A stretch of DNA of 51,091 nucleotides from Candidatus Moranbacteria bacterium RIFCSPHIGHO2_01_FULL_55_24 (GTDB taxonomy: Bacteria; Patescibacteriota; Minisyncoccia; Moranbacterales; UBA1568), in contig MFRW01000010.1 of the NCBI GenBank assembly GCA_001786575.1, positions 1 through 51,091 on the forward strand, read 5' to 3'. Below, one piece after another: positions 32,000-44,460 of this stretch (its first letter is position 1; every line of letters begins with the position of its first letter). The notes beneath the pieces are model-generated. The model worked only from the letters and a program-made list of their open reading frames with translations. It was not told the DNA's origin and searched no databases. Both the position numbers and the translations under genes were made by a program.

Positions 32000-33106
32000 A
32001 TGTTCGGTTTTTCAAAACCTTCCTACCTTGGTATTGATTTCGGTACCTCTTCTATCAAGGCGGTGGAACTGACAGAAAAAGACGGCGCCGTACAGCTTCT
32101 CAATTACGGCCAGGTGAGTTTGGCACAGCTGGAAAACGGGGTCACGGGATCCGGGCGTTCTTATGACGAGGAGGTCGGATTGTATCTGCGGGCCCTTCTG
32201 GAGAAGCTCAAGCCCAAGACGCACTCCGCTTTTGTCGCGATGCCGGCGTTCATCGGGCTCATCTCGCTCATCGAACTCCCCGAGATGGAAGAACATGAGC
32301 TGGAAGAAGCGGTGCAATTCGAAGCGCATCGCTACATCCCGTCTTCGCTCGAAGACATAGCGCTTAGCTGGGAAGTAGTCGGTACGCGCAAGGCGACGGA
32401 CGGCAGCGGTCCGAAGCTGGAGATACTCGTCGTGGCGGCGCTCAAGAAAGAAGTCGAGCGCTATCGCGGCTATGTTATGGCAGCGGGCCTCAAAATGGAT
32501 TTTCTGGAGCTGGAAACGTTTTCTCTCGTCCGTTCAATCGTGGGACATGAGACGGGACTGGTCTTGGTTATCGACATCGGCTCGCGGGCGACCAATCTCG
32601 TCTTGGCGGAAAACGGTATCGTGCGTGTCAGCCGCAATCTCGATGCCGGCGGCAAGGATGTCACGCGGACGCTCGCCGAAGGCTTGGACATCACTCCCGA
32701 CCGGGCCGAGAGTCTCAAGAAGAGCGGCAAAGACTTCCTCAATCAGCCGGAATCCGCCCTGGTCTTCCCGGTACTCGATATGATCTCCAATGAAGCCAAG
32801 AGAATGCTCGATTCATACAAGGCGAAGTATCCGGATGCGGAGTGCCGGCAGGTGATCCTCTCCGGCGGCACGGCGTACTTCGTAGGGCTGACTGATTATT
32901 ACACGCGCCAGCTGGGCATACCGGTCGCGATCGGTAACCCGTGGCAGAGAATCCAACACACACCGAAACAGAAAGAGCAGATCGAAAGTCTCGGGACATC
33001 ATTTTCCGTGGCGCTCGGATTGGCATTGAGCGGACTCGATGTGAAAAAAGAAGAGCAGAAGAAAGAAGGCTCTTCGCTCAAGAAATTCCTTAACAAGAAG
33101 CTGTAA
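32000..33106 (+). CDS. pilM: type IV pilus assembly protein PilM (actin-like ATPase fold)
   Basis: LGIDFGTSSIKAVEL N-terminus, IDIGSRATNL and ILSGGTAYF blocks. Confidence 0.88.
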   Translation: MFGFSKPSYLGIDFGTSSIKAVELTEKDGAVQLLNYGQVSLAQLENGVTGSGRSYDEEVGLYLRALLEKLKPKTHSAFVAMPAFIGLISLIELPEMEEHELEEAVQFEAHRYIPSSLEDIALSWEVVGTRKATDGSGPKLEILVVAALKKEVERYRGYVMAAGLKMDFLELETFSLVRSIVGHETGLVLVIDIGSRATNLVLAENGIVRVSRNLDAGGKDVTRTLAEGLDITPDRAESLKKSGKDFLNQPESALVFPVLDMISNEAKRMLDSYKAKYPDAECRQVILSGGTAYFVGLTDYYTRQLGIPVAIGNPWQRIQHTPKQKEQIESLGTSFSVALGLALSGLDVKKEEQKKEGSSLKKFLNKKL

Positions 33107-33151
33107 GCTAAAAAGCGATAAAAATAAACATAAACATTGAGACATACGTCC

Positions 33152-33715
33152 ATGGCTGGCATCAACCTTTCACAATCATTCGGGGAGAAGCGGACATCCT
33201 CCAAGCAGAGCCTCTTCGACAAGGGGTTCATGTTCGTGGTGGTTTTGGCGCTTATCGTCGCCGCGATCTGGGGCGGTATCCGCTGGTTCCTCTACTCTAC
33301 AGACCAGAAGATAGCGGGTCTTCAGGGAACGATAGACAGTGCGAATGCCGATCTCCTGGGCGAGGATGTCGACCGTATCGTCGATCGCGACACGCGCCTC
33401 ACGAATATCAGTGCAGCGGAGGGTAAGGACGCGGATACGGCTGCTCTGTTCTCGCAGCTGGAGCGCCTGACCGTGCCGGAGGTGCATCTGACGCTCTATG
33501 AATACGATCATGAAGAAGGGAAAGTGGCGGTTTCCGGCCTGACGGATAATTTCAAGTTTCTGGCGCAGCAGATCATCAGTTTCAAGAGCGAGGCGCCGTT
33601 CGGAAATATCCGAGTCGACAAGATCGTGAATACCAAAGACGGAAAGATCGCCTTCACGCTGATGGCGGATATCAAAGAAGAGACAGCAGCTTCCTCTTTG
33701 CCAACATCAAACTAA
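33152..33715 (+). CDS. PilN-like bitopic pilus assembly protein
   Basis: Position after pilM. Short cytoplasmic N-terminus, one TM segment and a coiled-coil/periplasmic domain. Confidence 0.6.
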   Translation: MAGINLSQSFGEKRTSSKQSLFDKGFMFVVVLALIVAAIWGGIRWFLYSTDQKIAGLQGTIDSANADLLGEDVDRIVDRDTRLTNISAAEGKDADTAALFSQLERLTVPEVHLTLYEYDHEEGKVAVSGLTDNFKFLAQQIISFKSEAPFGNIRVDKIVNTKDGKIAFTLMADIKEETAASSLPTSN

Positions 33716-33725
33716 AAAGACGCCT

Positions 33726-34541
33726 ATGCAACTCAAACTTCTCATCGTTCCGTCGCTCATCATCATCTCGATCATTCTGATCATCGGATTCATCAAGCCC
33801 GACTACGACACGCTCAAGATCAAGCGTGCGACACTCGTCCAGAAAGAGACGGAGGCTGCCAATGTCGCGACGATCATCGCGAATGTCAAGCAACTGAACG
33901 CTTCGCTCGATGCCGACCAGGAAACCGAAAGCTTCATTCTCCGGTATTATCCGGATTCTATCGACCAGGGACGCGTTATCGATGCCTTCAACTTCCTGGC
34001 CTTGCAATCAGGGCTCGTCATCACCAGCGTGGAGCTGAAGGAGCTGCCTCCGGTAGCGATTGAAGAAGCTATTCAGAACGTGCCGATGACTTCGCTCCAG
34101 GGGGGTGCCACGGACCCATCGCTTGCCGGATCCGAAATCCCGCCCGTTCCCCAGTACCAGGCTCCGCGCCCGCGTTCCTACACCGCACTCGTCAAGGCGC
34201 GCGGATCCTATGAGAACGTCAAAGGATTCGTAGAGCGGATGATGCGCTTGGATCGGATCCATGGTATGAAGAACTTCTCTGTCGGGCTGAATGAGGAGGC
34301 ACTCCGCACGATCGATGCCGGCGAGGCCGTGTCGGAAGAAGCCGCTTCCGAACTGGTCGTGATGTTCGAGACGCGCTTCGACTATCTGCCGGCCCAGAAA
34401 ATGGTGAATGCGCTCCACGTCCCGGTCTTTGAGAAAGGGTCTCTGGATTTCGCAGCTGCCAAAGAGGCGATGACGCGCGCTACTTCCGCAGTACCCGACC
34501 TCGACAAAGGACAGACCGGAAAGCCGAACCCATTCCAGTAA
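33726..34541 (+). CDS. PilO-like bitopic pilus assembly protein
   Basis: N-terminal TM segment and coiled coil. Position between the pilN-like gene and pilB. Confidence 0.5.
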   Translation: MQLKLLIVPSLIIISIILIIGFIKPDYDTLKIKRATLVQKETEAANVATIIANVKQLNASLDADQETESFILRYYPDSIDQGRVIDAFNFLALQSGLVITSVELKELPPVAIEEAIQNVPMTSLQGGATDPSLAGSEIPPVPQYQAPRPRSYTALVKARGSYENVKGFVERMMRLDRIHGMKNFSVGLNEEALRTIDAGEAVSEEAASELVVMFETRFDYLPAQKMVNALHVPVFEKGSLDFAAAKEAMTRATSAVPDLDKGQTGKPNPFQ

Positions 34542-34571
34542 ACATTCTTCCTATCCATTCTCCTATCTCTC

Positions 34572-36272
34572 ATGGCGGCTGAAGACATACAGAAACAATC
34601 CGAAGCGGCTCTGCCCGAGCAAAGCAAGGCTGCTCCCGTACCAGGAGCCGGCCCGCTTGCGGCGCAGGCTAAGGCGCTTGGTGTTCCTTATCTGGACGCC
34701 ACTCCGCGGGATTTCGATAAGACGGTCTTGAATGTCATTCCCGAGGAAGCGGCCAAGAAATACGGCATGATCCCGTTCAAGAAGGTCGGGGACACGCTGT
34801 CGGTGGCGATGCTCAACCCGCAGAACTTCGAGGCGCTGAACGTTCTGCGCTTCCTGGCGGAAAAGGAGCATGTCGGCATAGAAGTCTATCTGACTGACCA
34901 GGATGTCTTTGCCAATATCATCAAGCAGTACACGGGGACAGACAGCGCTCTCAAAGAAGCCATCCTGTCGCTCAAGAAGGAAGACGAACTCCAATTGCAG
35001 GTGAGCCAGGAAAAGAAAGTGAGCAAGGAAGCGGAGGTCTTCCAGGATGCGCCGATCGCGAAACTAGTCGAAGTGATCGTCCAGCATGCGTTGGACGGTC
35101 GCGCGAGCGATATTCACATCGAACCGATCGAAGGAAGCTATCGTGTACGCTTCCGGATCGACGGTATCCTGCGATCGCAGCTCGTGTTTCCCGTCGAAGT
35201 GGGAAGGGCGGTGATCTCGCGCATCAAAATCCTTTCGAACCTGAAGATCGATGAGAAGCGCAAGCCGCAGGACGGCCGCATCCGTTTCGAGAATGCCGAT
35301 GGCAGCTTCATCGACCTGCGTATCTCGAGCCTTCCGGTCATGGAAGGAGAAAAGATAGTGATGCGTGTTCTCGACAAGAGTTCGAACGTGGCTGACCTCG
35401 ATAAGCTGGGCCTCTGGGGGCGTGCCCGGACGATCCTGGAGCGCAAGATCCGCGAACCGTTCGGGATCATCCTCATCACCGGTCCGACCGGTTCCGGAAA
35501 GTCGACTTCTCTTTATGCGTTCCTCCAGATCTTGAACAAGGAAGAGCGCAACATCATCACGCTCGAAGACCCGGTGGAATACTTCGTCGAAGGCATCAAC
35601 CAGAGCCAGATCAAACCGGAAATAGGATATACGTTCGCGAGCGGACTGCGCTCTATCCTGCGTCAGGACCCGAACGTCATCATGGTAGGAGAAATCCGCG
35701 ACGGCGAAACGGCCGAACTCGCGATCCATGCGGCGCTCACGGGACACCTGGTGCTTTCGACCCTCCATACGAACGATGCGGTCGGGTCTATTCCCCGTCT
35801 GATAGATATGGGCATCGAGCCTTTCCTGCTTTCCTCTTCGCTCGAAGCGGTAGCAGCGCAGCGTCTCGTGCGGCGCATCTGCGAGAACTGCAAAGTAGAG
35901 CAGGAGCTCACTCCCGGCCAGCGGGAAATGTTCCGCAAAGTGTTCGAAGAGATCCCGGACGAAGAAGTGAAGCTCTACGAGCTCCAGCCGAACATGCAAA
36001 TCACCGTTTACAAGGGCAAGGGCTGCGAACAGTGCGGGAACTCCGGATACAAGGGCCGTATCGCTATCTATGAAGTGATCGACGTGGATGACGAGATGCA
36101 TCTGATCATTTCCGACAAGCATGGCAATGAGGGCGAAGTGCGCAAGGCGGCCGCGCACCAGGGCATGATTACCATGAAGCAGGACGGCATCCTCAAGGTC
36201 TTGAAGGGCATTACGACGCTTGCAGAAGTGGAGCGCGTCACTGAAGGGAAAATCCTGGTCGATGAAGAGTAG
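34572..36272 (+). CDS. pilB: type IV pilus assembly ATPase PilB/GspE
   Basis: GspII N-domain, Walker A GPTGSGKST, Asp/His boxes, tetracysteine motif CENC...CEQC. Confidence 0.93.
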   Translation: MAAEDIQKQSEAALPEQSKAAPVPGAGPLAAQAKALGVPYLDATPRDFDKTVLNVIPEEAAKKYGMIPFKKVGDTLSVAMLNPQNFEALNVLRFLAEKEHVGIEVYLTDQDVFANIIKQYTGTDSALKEAILSLKKEDELQLQVSQEKKVSKEAEVFQDAPIAKLVEVIVQHALDGRASDIHIEPIEGSYRVRFRIDGILRSQLVFPVEVGRAVISRIKILSNLKIDEKRKPQDGRIRFENADGSFIDLRISSLPVMEGEKIVMRVLDKSSNVADLDKLGLWGRARTILERKIREPFGIILITGPTGSGKSTSLYAFLQILNKEERNIITLEDPVEYFVEGINQSQIKPEIGYTFASGLRSILRQDPNVIMVGEIRDGETAELAIHAALTGHLVLSTLHTNDAVGSIPRLIDMGIEPFLLSSSLEAVAAQRLVRRICENCKVEQELTPGQREMFRKVFEEIPDEEVKLYELQPNMQITVYKGKGCEQCGNSGYKGRIAIYEVIDVDDEMHLIISDKHGNEGEVRKAAAHQGMITMKQDGILKVLKGITTLAEVERVTEGKILVDEE

Positions 36273-36321
36273 GATATGATATAGTGCCAGTGTACTGAAT
36301 ACAAAAACAAACTACGGGCTT

Positions 36322-37404
36322 ATGGAATCACTGCATGCGGAACAGCGAATGAAGAACCTGCTTCTCCTGGTGGGACAGCAGGGTGCCTCGGATCTCCACC
36401 TCGTCGTCGGGCGGTATCCGACGCTCCGAATCGATGGCAAATTGCATCCGATCACCCAGGAAAAAGTGCTGACGCCTGCCGATACGAAGGCGCTGTCCGA
36501 CATACTCCTCACCGAGGACAAGAAACAAGAGCTGCTCTCTGTCGGACATTCTGACTTTTCATACAATTTCGAGGACCGGGTGCGCTTCCGTACCAACGTG
36601 TTCTTCCAGAAAGGTTACGTGAGCGTTACTATGCGGTTCGTTATGGACCGGCTGCGCAACCTTGAAGAGCTCTCTATCCCGACTTCGCTCTACGACTTCA
36701 CCAACTATTCCCAGGGGCTCGTCCTCGTGACGGGGCCGGTAGGACACGGAAAGTCGACGACGCTCGCGGCTATCATCGACTACATCAACCACAATCTCGA
36801 GAAGCACATCCTGACCATCGAGGATCCGATCGAATTCGTCTACAATCAGGATCGCTGCATCATCAATCAGCGCGAAATCGGCCGGGATGCCAAAAACTTT
36901 CCGGACGCGCTCCGCGCAGTGTTCCGCGAGGACGTGAACGTGGTGCTCTTGGGAGAACTCCGCGATCTGGAGACCATCAGTACGGCTATGACGGCCGCAG
37001 AAACGGGACACCTCATCTTCGCGACGCTCCATACCAACGACTCGGCCCAGACTATCGATCGCGTGATCGACGTCTTTCCGGCGCACCAGCAGAACCAGAT
37101 CCGCGCGCAGCTGTCGAGCGTGCTTTTGGGAGTCGTCTCGCAGCGCCTCATTCCCAAGCAAGGAGGCGGCCGTGTGCCGGCCGTGGAAATCATGTTCAAG
37201 AACCATGCTGTCGAGAACCTCATCCGCGAAAACAAGGTGCATCAGATCGACTCGGTGATCGAGACAAGTCTCAAGGAGGGTATGGTTTCTCTCGACCGGG
37301 CGCTTGCCGATCTGGTACGCCGCGGGCTGGTCTCCCTGAATGACGCCTTCACCTACGCCAAGAACCGGGATTACCTCCAGATGCTCATCAGCAAGGATAA
37401 ATAA
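36322..37404 (+). CDS. pilT: twitching motility ATPase PilT
   Basis: ASDLHL motif, Walker A GPVGHGKST, TIEDPIEF, LFATLHTN. Confidence 0.92.
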   Translation: MESLHAEQRMKNLLLLVGQQGASDLHLVVGRYPTLRIDGKLHPITQEKVLTPADTKALSDILLTEDKKQELLSVGHSDFSYNFEDRVRFRTNVFFQKGYVSVTMRFVMDRLRNLEELSIPTSLYDFTNYSQGLVLVTGPVGHGKSTTLAAIIDYINHNLEKHILTIEDPIEFVYNQDRCIINQREIGRDAKNFPDALRAVFREDVNVVLLGELRDLETISTAMTAAETGHLIFATLHTNDSAQTIDRVIDVFPAHQQNQIRAQLSSVLLGVVSQRLIPKQGGGRVPAVEIMFKNHAVENLIRENKVHQIDSVIETSLKEGMVSLDRALADLVRRGLVSLNDAFTYAKNRDYLQMLISKDK

Positions 37405-37415
37405 GGCAGGAACGT

Positions 37416-38627
37416 ATGAAATTCGTCTTCAAAGCGAAAAATGAGTCCGGACAGATCCGTGAGGGCGTTGTGGAAGCGCTCGACAGCGGTGCAGCGGTGC
37501 AGATCCTCCAGAAGAACAATCTGATCCCGATCAGCATCCGTGAAGAGGCCGAGAGGAGCATGGCGATCATGAGGGCCGCAGAGCGCTTGTGGGAGGGCGT
37601 GAGTCAGAAAGAACTCATGGTTTTCTTCCAGCAGCTGGCGACGCTCATCGAGGCGCGCGTGCCGATCGTCTCATCGCTTGCCACTATCGGCGAACAGTCC
37701 AATAACCGGCATCTCCGGTCCATCATCAAAGAAATGGCCGACGACATCGAGGATGGCATGCCTTTTTCCGAGGCTATGGAAAAGCATCCCGATATCTTCT
37801 CTCCTCTCACGGTGAATATGATCAAAGCGGGCGAGGTATCCGGAAGTCTTCAGAAATCCGTGGTATTCGTCGCGGAAAATATCGAAAAGAACTACCAGCT
37901 GACCTCGAAGATCAAAGGCGCACTCTACTACCCTGTCTTCGTTCTGGTTGTCGCTTTCATCATCGGCTTTTTGGTAGTGACGTTCATCCTCCCGAAGATC
38001 ACCGTGCTCATCAAGGACCTGAACGTCCCGGTGCCATGGTATACGAATGCGCTCATCTGGCTCGGAGACTTCATGAATCAGTACTGGTGGGTGGTGCTCA
38101 TGGTCATCATCGCGGGGATCGGCGGGCTCTACTACTATGTGCGCACGCCGGCAGGGCGGAGGGAGTGGGAGCAGATCATCCTGAAGATTCCGGTCATCGG
38201 GACGCTGGCCCAGAATATCTACATCACCCGCTTCGCGGAGAACCTCTCCGCGCTTCTCAACAGCGGCATCCCCGTAGTGCGGGCGCTCATCATCGTGAGC
38301 GAGGTGGTAGGGAATCAGGTGTTCGAGCGCATCATGATCAAAGCAGTGGAAGAAGTGAAGTCCGGAGGGAACATGAGCACGGTCTTCATCCGGACGCCGG
38401 AGATGCCCCCGATCGTCTCGCAGATGATGCGGATCGGCGAGGAGACAGGAACGCTTGCGAATGTCTTGGAGAGCGTCTCGAAGTTCTACAGCCAGGAAGT
38501 GGATAACATGACAAGGAGCCTTACGACCCTGATCGAACCGGTGCTGATCGTGTTTCTGGGTATCGGCGTGGGAATCCTGGTGGTCGGTGTGCTGATGCCG
38601 ATTTACAATTTGGCCGGACAGTTATAG
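37416..38627 (+). CDS. pilC: type IV pilus platform protein PilC/GspF
   Basis: Two GspF repeats with three TM segments. MIKAGEVSG and MMRIGEETG motifs. Confidence 0.92.
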   Translation: MKFVFKAKNESGQIREGVVEALDSGAAVQILQKNNLIPISIREEAERSMAIMRAAERLWEGVSQKELMVFFQQLATLIEARVPIVSSLATIGEQSNNRHLRSIIKEMADDIEDGMPFSEAMEKHPDIFSPLTVNMIKAGEVSGSLQKSVVFVAENIEKNYQLTSKIKGALYYPVFVLVVAFIIGFLVVTFILPKITVLIKDLNVPVPWYTNALIWLGDFMNQYWWVVLMVIIAGIGGLYYYVRTPAGRREWEQIILKIPVIGTLAQNIYITRFAENLSALLNSGIPVVRALIIVSEVVGNQVFERIMIKAVEEVKSGGNMSTVFIRTPEMPPIVSQMMRIGEETGTLANVLESVSKFYSQEVDNMTRSLTTLIEPVLIVFLGIGVGILVVGVLMPIYNLAGQL

Positions 38628-38707
38628 AATACAAGTATGCTAAGCACGGTAAGATGCGCGGCAGAGAAAAGAAAAAATAAAAATAAAAACAAGAAGGAGG
38701 TGAGCAT

Positions 38708-39070
38708 ATGAAAAAGACACTCAAAGGATTTACCCTGATCGAACTCTTGATCGTCATCGCCATTATCGGTATCTTGGCGTCGGTGGTTCTCGTGAGCCTC
38801 TCGGGTGCCCGTACGAAAGCTCAAAAAGCGGCGTTCAAAGCCGAGGTGAGCGGGGCAGTCGGCGGTCTTACTATCCAGTGCGATGACGGTACTATCGCTG
38901 CCCCTGGTGATACTACCGTGACGACATGGAACGATCTTTCGTTGACTTCCAGCTGCGGAGCTTCCGGAGACGCTACGTTCTCTATCGGTGCGACGCCGGT
39001 AGCTACTATCACTGGCTGCACGGGCGCGACCGTGACCGAAGCCGGAGCTGATTTCACCAGCTGTCCGTAA
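38708..39070 (+). CDS. type IV pilin (prepilin-type N-terminal cleavage/methylation domain)
   Basis: [24 protein letters not shown] class III signal and a C-terminal Cys-containing globular part. Confidence 0.9.
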   Translation: MKKTLKGFTLIELLIVIAIIGILASVVLVSLSGARTKAQKAAFKAEVSGAVGGLTIQCDDGTIAAPGDTTVTTWNDLSLTSSCGASGDATFSIGATPVATITGCTGATVTEAGADFTSCP

Positions 39071-39123
39071 GTTTCAGAGGTTTATAACTCGCTAATCCTC
39101 ATAATTGAGAGGAGGTAAGGACT

Positions 39124-39483
39124 ATGAAAAAAACACTCAAAGGATTTACCCTGATCGAACTCTTGATCGTCATCGCTATCATCGGTATTTTGGCGTCGAT
39201 CGTATTGGTCAGCTTGTCCAACGCGCGTACGAAGGCGCAGGTGGCATCATTCAAATCCGAGACATCCGGAGCGGTGGCTGGTCTGTTGCTTCAGTGCGAT
39301 TCAGCAAACATCGTTCTTCCTGCGGACACGACCACCACGAACTACGGAGCGATTACAGGTCAAAGCTGCGGACCTGCCGGAAGCGGCACGTTTACGGTCA
39401 CTGCATCGCCGGTGAATACGAGCATCGTATGTAATGCGACTATTACCAATACCGGTACCACATTCCTTGGTGCAGGATGCTAG
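39124..39483 (+). CDS. type IV pilin paralog
   Basis: The N-terminal ~35 aa are nearly identical to the preceding pilin. The C-terminus is divergent. Confidence 0.9.
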   Translation: MKKTLKGFTLIELLIVIAIIGILASIVLVSLSNARTKAQVASFKSETSGAVAGLLLQCDSANIVLPADTTTTNYGAITGQSCGPAGSGTFTVTASPVNTSIVCNATITNTGTTFLGAGC

Positions 39484-39508
39484 CAAATCCTCATAAGGGA
39501 TGCAGAAA

Positions 39509-39536
39509 AACCTTCTCGAGAGAGGAGGTTTTTTGT
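39509..39536 (+). terminator. intrinsic terminator after the pilin pair
   Basis: AACCTTCTC-GAGA-GAGGAGGTT followed by TTTTTG. Confidence 0.75.
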
Positions 39537-39568
39537 TGTTTCGGAAGAGTACAAGGTATAATAGCGCT

Positions 39569-40363
39569 ATGGAACATACGATTCTTTTTTTCATATTCGG
39601 GCTCCTCATCGGGAGTTTTTTGAATGTCGTGATCTGCCGCATGGCGGAGGGGGAAACGCTTATGGGCCGTTCCGTCTGCCGCAGCTGCCGGAAGCAGATC
39701 GCCTGGTATGACAATATCCCGGTGTTCTCGTATCTTGTCTTGGGCGGGAGGTGCCGGCAGTGCGAAGAGAGGATCTCCTGGCAGTATCCGACAGTCGAGC
39801 TTCTGACCGGCATCCTTTACGGGCTGGTCGGCATGTTCTTTTTTTCGCCGACCCCGTTCGGGATCTTGGAAGCTCTCTGGCTCCTCGTCCTGGTTTCTCT
39901 TTTCATTTCGATCGCTTTTTACGATCTCCGGAACATGGAGATCCCGGTCACGCTTCTCTTTCTCGGGATCGCGGTAGCGCTCATCTATCTCTCGGCCACC
40001 TTTTTCCTTTTTGAGCGCGCATGGCCGTTCTGGACGACCGCACTCGGAACAGGACTTATGGGTGCGGCTATTGTGGGAGGATTCTTCTTTCTTCTGGTGT
40101 TCCTGTCGCATGAGAAGTGGATGGGCTGGGGAGATGTGTGGCTCGGGGTGCTCGCAGGGCTCGCTGTGGGCTGGCAGCTCGCTTTCTTCCTCCTCACGCT
40201 CTCGTTCGCGCTCGGGGCTGCGGTCGGTATCGGATTGCTCGCTCTTCGCAAGAAAAGCATGCAGGCGCAGCTGCCGTTCGCTCCGTTCCTCGTGAGCGGG
40301 ACGCTCGTGACGCTTTTCTTGGAACGGACCGCAAGCTGGCTGACCCGATTCTTTTTGTGGTGA
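39569..40363 (+). CDS. pilD: prepilin peptidase (A24 family)
   Basis: N-terminal CRSC...CRQC zinc motif and polytopic membrane domain. GWGDV Asp-containing active-site block. Confidence 0.9.
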   Translation: MEHTILFFIFGLLIGSFLNVVICRMAEGETLMGRSVCRSCRKQIAWYDNIPVFSYLVLGGRCRQCEERISWQYPTVELLTGILYGLVGMFFFSPTPFGILEALWLLVLVSLFISIAFYDLRNMEIPVTLLFLGIAVALIYLSATFFLFERAWPFWTTALGTGLMGAAIVGGFFFLLVFLSHEKWMGWGDVWLGVLAGLAVGWQLAFFLLTLSFALGAAVGIGLLALRKKSMQAQLPFAPFLVSGTLVTLFLERTASWLTRFFLW

Positions 40364-40390
40364 TTCTCTGATACAATAGGGTTATTCCGT

Positions 40391-40897
40391 ATGCGAAAAA
40401 CCCATACAAAAACCCTTCCCGGATACACGCTGCTCGAGATAATGATCATCATCATTATCATCGGCGTAGCTTCCGGAATCCTCCTGACCGGTCTCGGCAC
40501 CGGCCAAGCGGAGCGCGAAGTGGAAGCAGCCTCGCGCGAATTGGTCGGGGCTCTTCGGGAGGCCCAGGGCTATGCCCTTACCGGCCGGCAGATAGTTGCC
40601 AACACGGACCCGTGCCGCTTCCAGGTGTCTTGGGGCGGCGGGACCTACTCGCTCACGTACTGGTACAAGGACAGTTCGGGCGTCTGCAACCAGAGCTCGG
40701 CTATCGGTACCTATACCCTGAAACGCGGCGTGGCGTTCAGCAATACGAGCGCTTTCTACTTCACGCTCCCGCATGCCGGAGTCTCCTTCGGCGGTGCAAG
40801 CGCGGGCGCTATCGTAAGCAAAGCCGGTATCACGCGGACTGCCTGCACCTATGCCGACGGGAGGATTCAGGATGTTTCCGGAGGCAGTTGTCCATAA
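40391..40897 (+). CDS. minor pilin (GspH/FimT-like)
   Basis: GYTLLEIMIIIIIIGVASGILL prepilin signal. Confidence 0.75.
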   Translation: MRKTHTKTLPGYTLLEIMIIIIIIGVASGILLTGLGTGQAEREVEAASRELVGALREAQGYALTGRQIVANTDPCRFQVSWGGGTYSLTYWYKDSSGVCNQSSAIGTYTLKRGVAFSNTSAFYFTLPHAGVSFGGASAGAIVSKAGITRTACTYADGRIQDVSGGSCP

Positions 40898-40907
40898 GGA
40901 AAGAGAT

Positions 40908-41468
40908 ATGGCAACGAAAAAACGGACATTGCGAGGATTTTCATTAGGCGAGGTGATGCTCTCCGCCTTTGTGTTGTCTGTGGGACTGCTTGCTGTGACG
41001 GCTCTGATCGCGAGCAGTATGCGTCATTCCATGGAGAACCGCGATGCTATCATCGCTTCCGAACTTGCCCAGGAGGGAGTCGAACTCATCCGAAATATCC
41101 GCGATAATGATTTTGCTGCAGGAAACGACGGATTCAGCACCGGATTTTCTACCTCCAGACGCCACTGCCACATGAGCTATAACAGCTCTTCGATGACGTG
41201 CACGGCAACCCAGGGCGGGTCGAGCAGATACTACCTACAGCTTTCCGGCGGCCACTACTCGCATGCGAGTTCCACTCAACGGTTCTCTCGCTATATCTAC
41301 ATCGACTACGACAATGGCCAGAAGACAGCCGAAGTGAAAAGCTTCGTTTACTGGAACTGGACGAGCAGCTCGATGCCTTCGTATGTCCCGCGCACTGGAA
41401 ATACGGCCAACTGCACTCTGGTGAACAAATGCGTCTATACCGAAGCGTTCCTAACGAGCTGGCGCTAG
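40908..41468 (+). CDS. minor pilin (PilV-like)
   Basis: LRGFSLGEVMLSAFVLSVGLLAV prepilin-like N-terminus. SD AAGGAAAGAG upstream. Confidence 0.7.
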   Translation: MATKKRTLRGFSLGEVMLSAFVLSVGLLAVTALIASSMRHSMENRDAIIASELAQEGVELIRNIRDNDFAAGNDGFSTGFSTSRRHCHMSYNSSSMTCTATQGGSSRYYLQLSGGHYSHASSTQRFSRYIYIDYDNGQKTAEVKSFVYWNWTSSSMPSYVPRTGNTANCTLVNKCVYTEAFLTSWR

Positions 41469-41472
41469 AACT

Positions 41473-42021
41473 ATGATCAGAAAGAATCCAAAACTGAAAG
41501 GCTTCACGCTCATCGAGATCATGGTCGCGATGTTCGCCTTTACGCTCATCATCACGGCTTCGTCGCAGATCTTCACGCGGGCGTTTGCCGGCTACCGCAA
41601 TACCAAGTACATCCAGCGGGATATCGAGAACGCCCAGTTTATCCTAAACAGCATCGCGAAGGAACTGCGGACCAGCTCTATCGTGAATCCGGCTTCCGGG
41701 GGGCCGACGACGGTGACCTCGGTGAAGTTCTATGATCATTCGCAGGGAATCTGCTTCAATTACCGCATTACCGGAGGCAATCTGGAAGTAGCCAAAGCCA
41801 ACTCGACCGGAGTATCCGACTGCCGGTCGCTTTCGCTCGGAGGCTACTCGGTGGTGAGTACCGGCACCGTGACAGGAGACTTCTATGTGAGACCGAGCGA
41901 CGACTCGCCGCTGGTGGTCGGAAAGATTACGATTGCGCTCCAAGTCCGGGAGGGATCGGCGCATACGGCAACGATCCAGACGACAGCCTCGCTCCGCGAC
42001 TATGGCAACGTAGGTCTCTAA
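41473..42021 (+). CDS. minor pilin (PilW-like)
   Basis: [20 protein letters not shown] prepilin signal. Confidence 0.75.
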   Translation: MIRKNPKLKGFTLIEIMVAMFAFTLIITASSQIFTRAFAGYRNTKYIQRDIENAQFILNSIAKELRTSSIVNPASGGPTTVTSVKFYDHSQGICFNYRITGGNLEVAKANSTGVSDCRSLSLGGYSVVSTGTVTGDFYVRPSDDSPLVVGKITIALQVREGSAHTATIQTTASLRDYGNVGL

Positions 42022-42071
42022 AAAGAAAGACGAAAAGGTGCTATAATAAGCCTTGTAGAAGGCTTTTTTAA

Positions 42072-44159
<2,088 letters not shown>

Positions 44160-44166
44160 GAATATT

Positions 44167-44460
44167 ATGCTCACACGCGAGGAAGTGAAACACATCGCTC
44201 ATCTGGCGCGCATCGGCCTTGAGGAAGAGGAAATAGAGAAGTATCAGAAAGACCTCTCGAGCGTTCTGGATTTTTTCGAGGCGCTCAAGGCGGTGGATAC
44301 CGATGCTGTCGAAGGTATCGGACACATCACCGGCCGGATAGCCAAAGCGCGGAGCGATGCCGAGACAGGCGCCTCCCTGGAGGAACGCGAACGCATTCTT
44401 AAGAATATTCCGGAAAAGAAGGGCGGATCGGTCATGGTCCGTTCGATACTCAACGTATGA
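44167..44460 (+). CDS. gatC: Asp/Glu-tRNA amidotransferase subunit C
   Basis: 97 aa. VKHIAHLARIGLEEEE...DLSSVLDFFEAL pattern. Overlaps the gatA start. Confidence 0.88.
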   Translation: MLTREEVKHIAHLARIGLEEEEIEKYQKDLSSVLDFFEALKAVDTDAVEGIGHITGRIAKARSDAETGASLEERERILKNIPEKKGGSVMVRSILNV

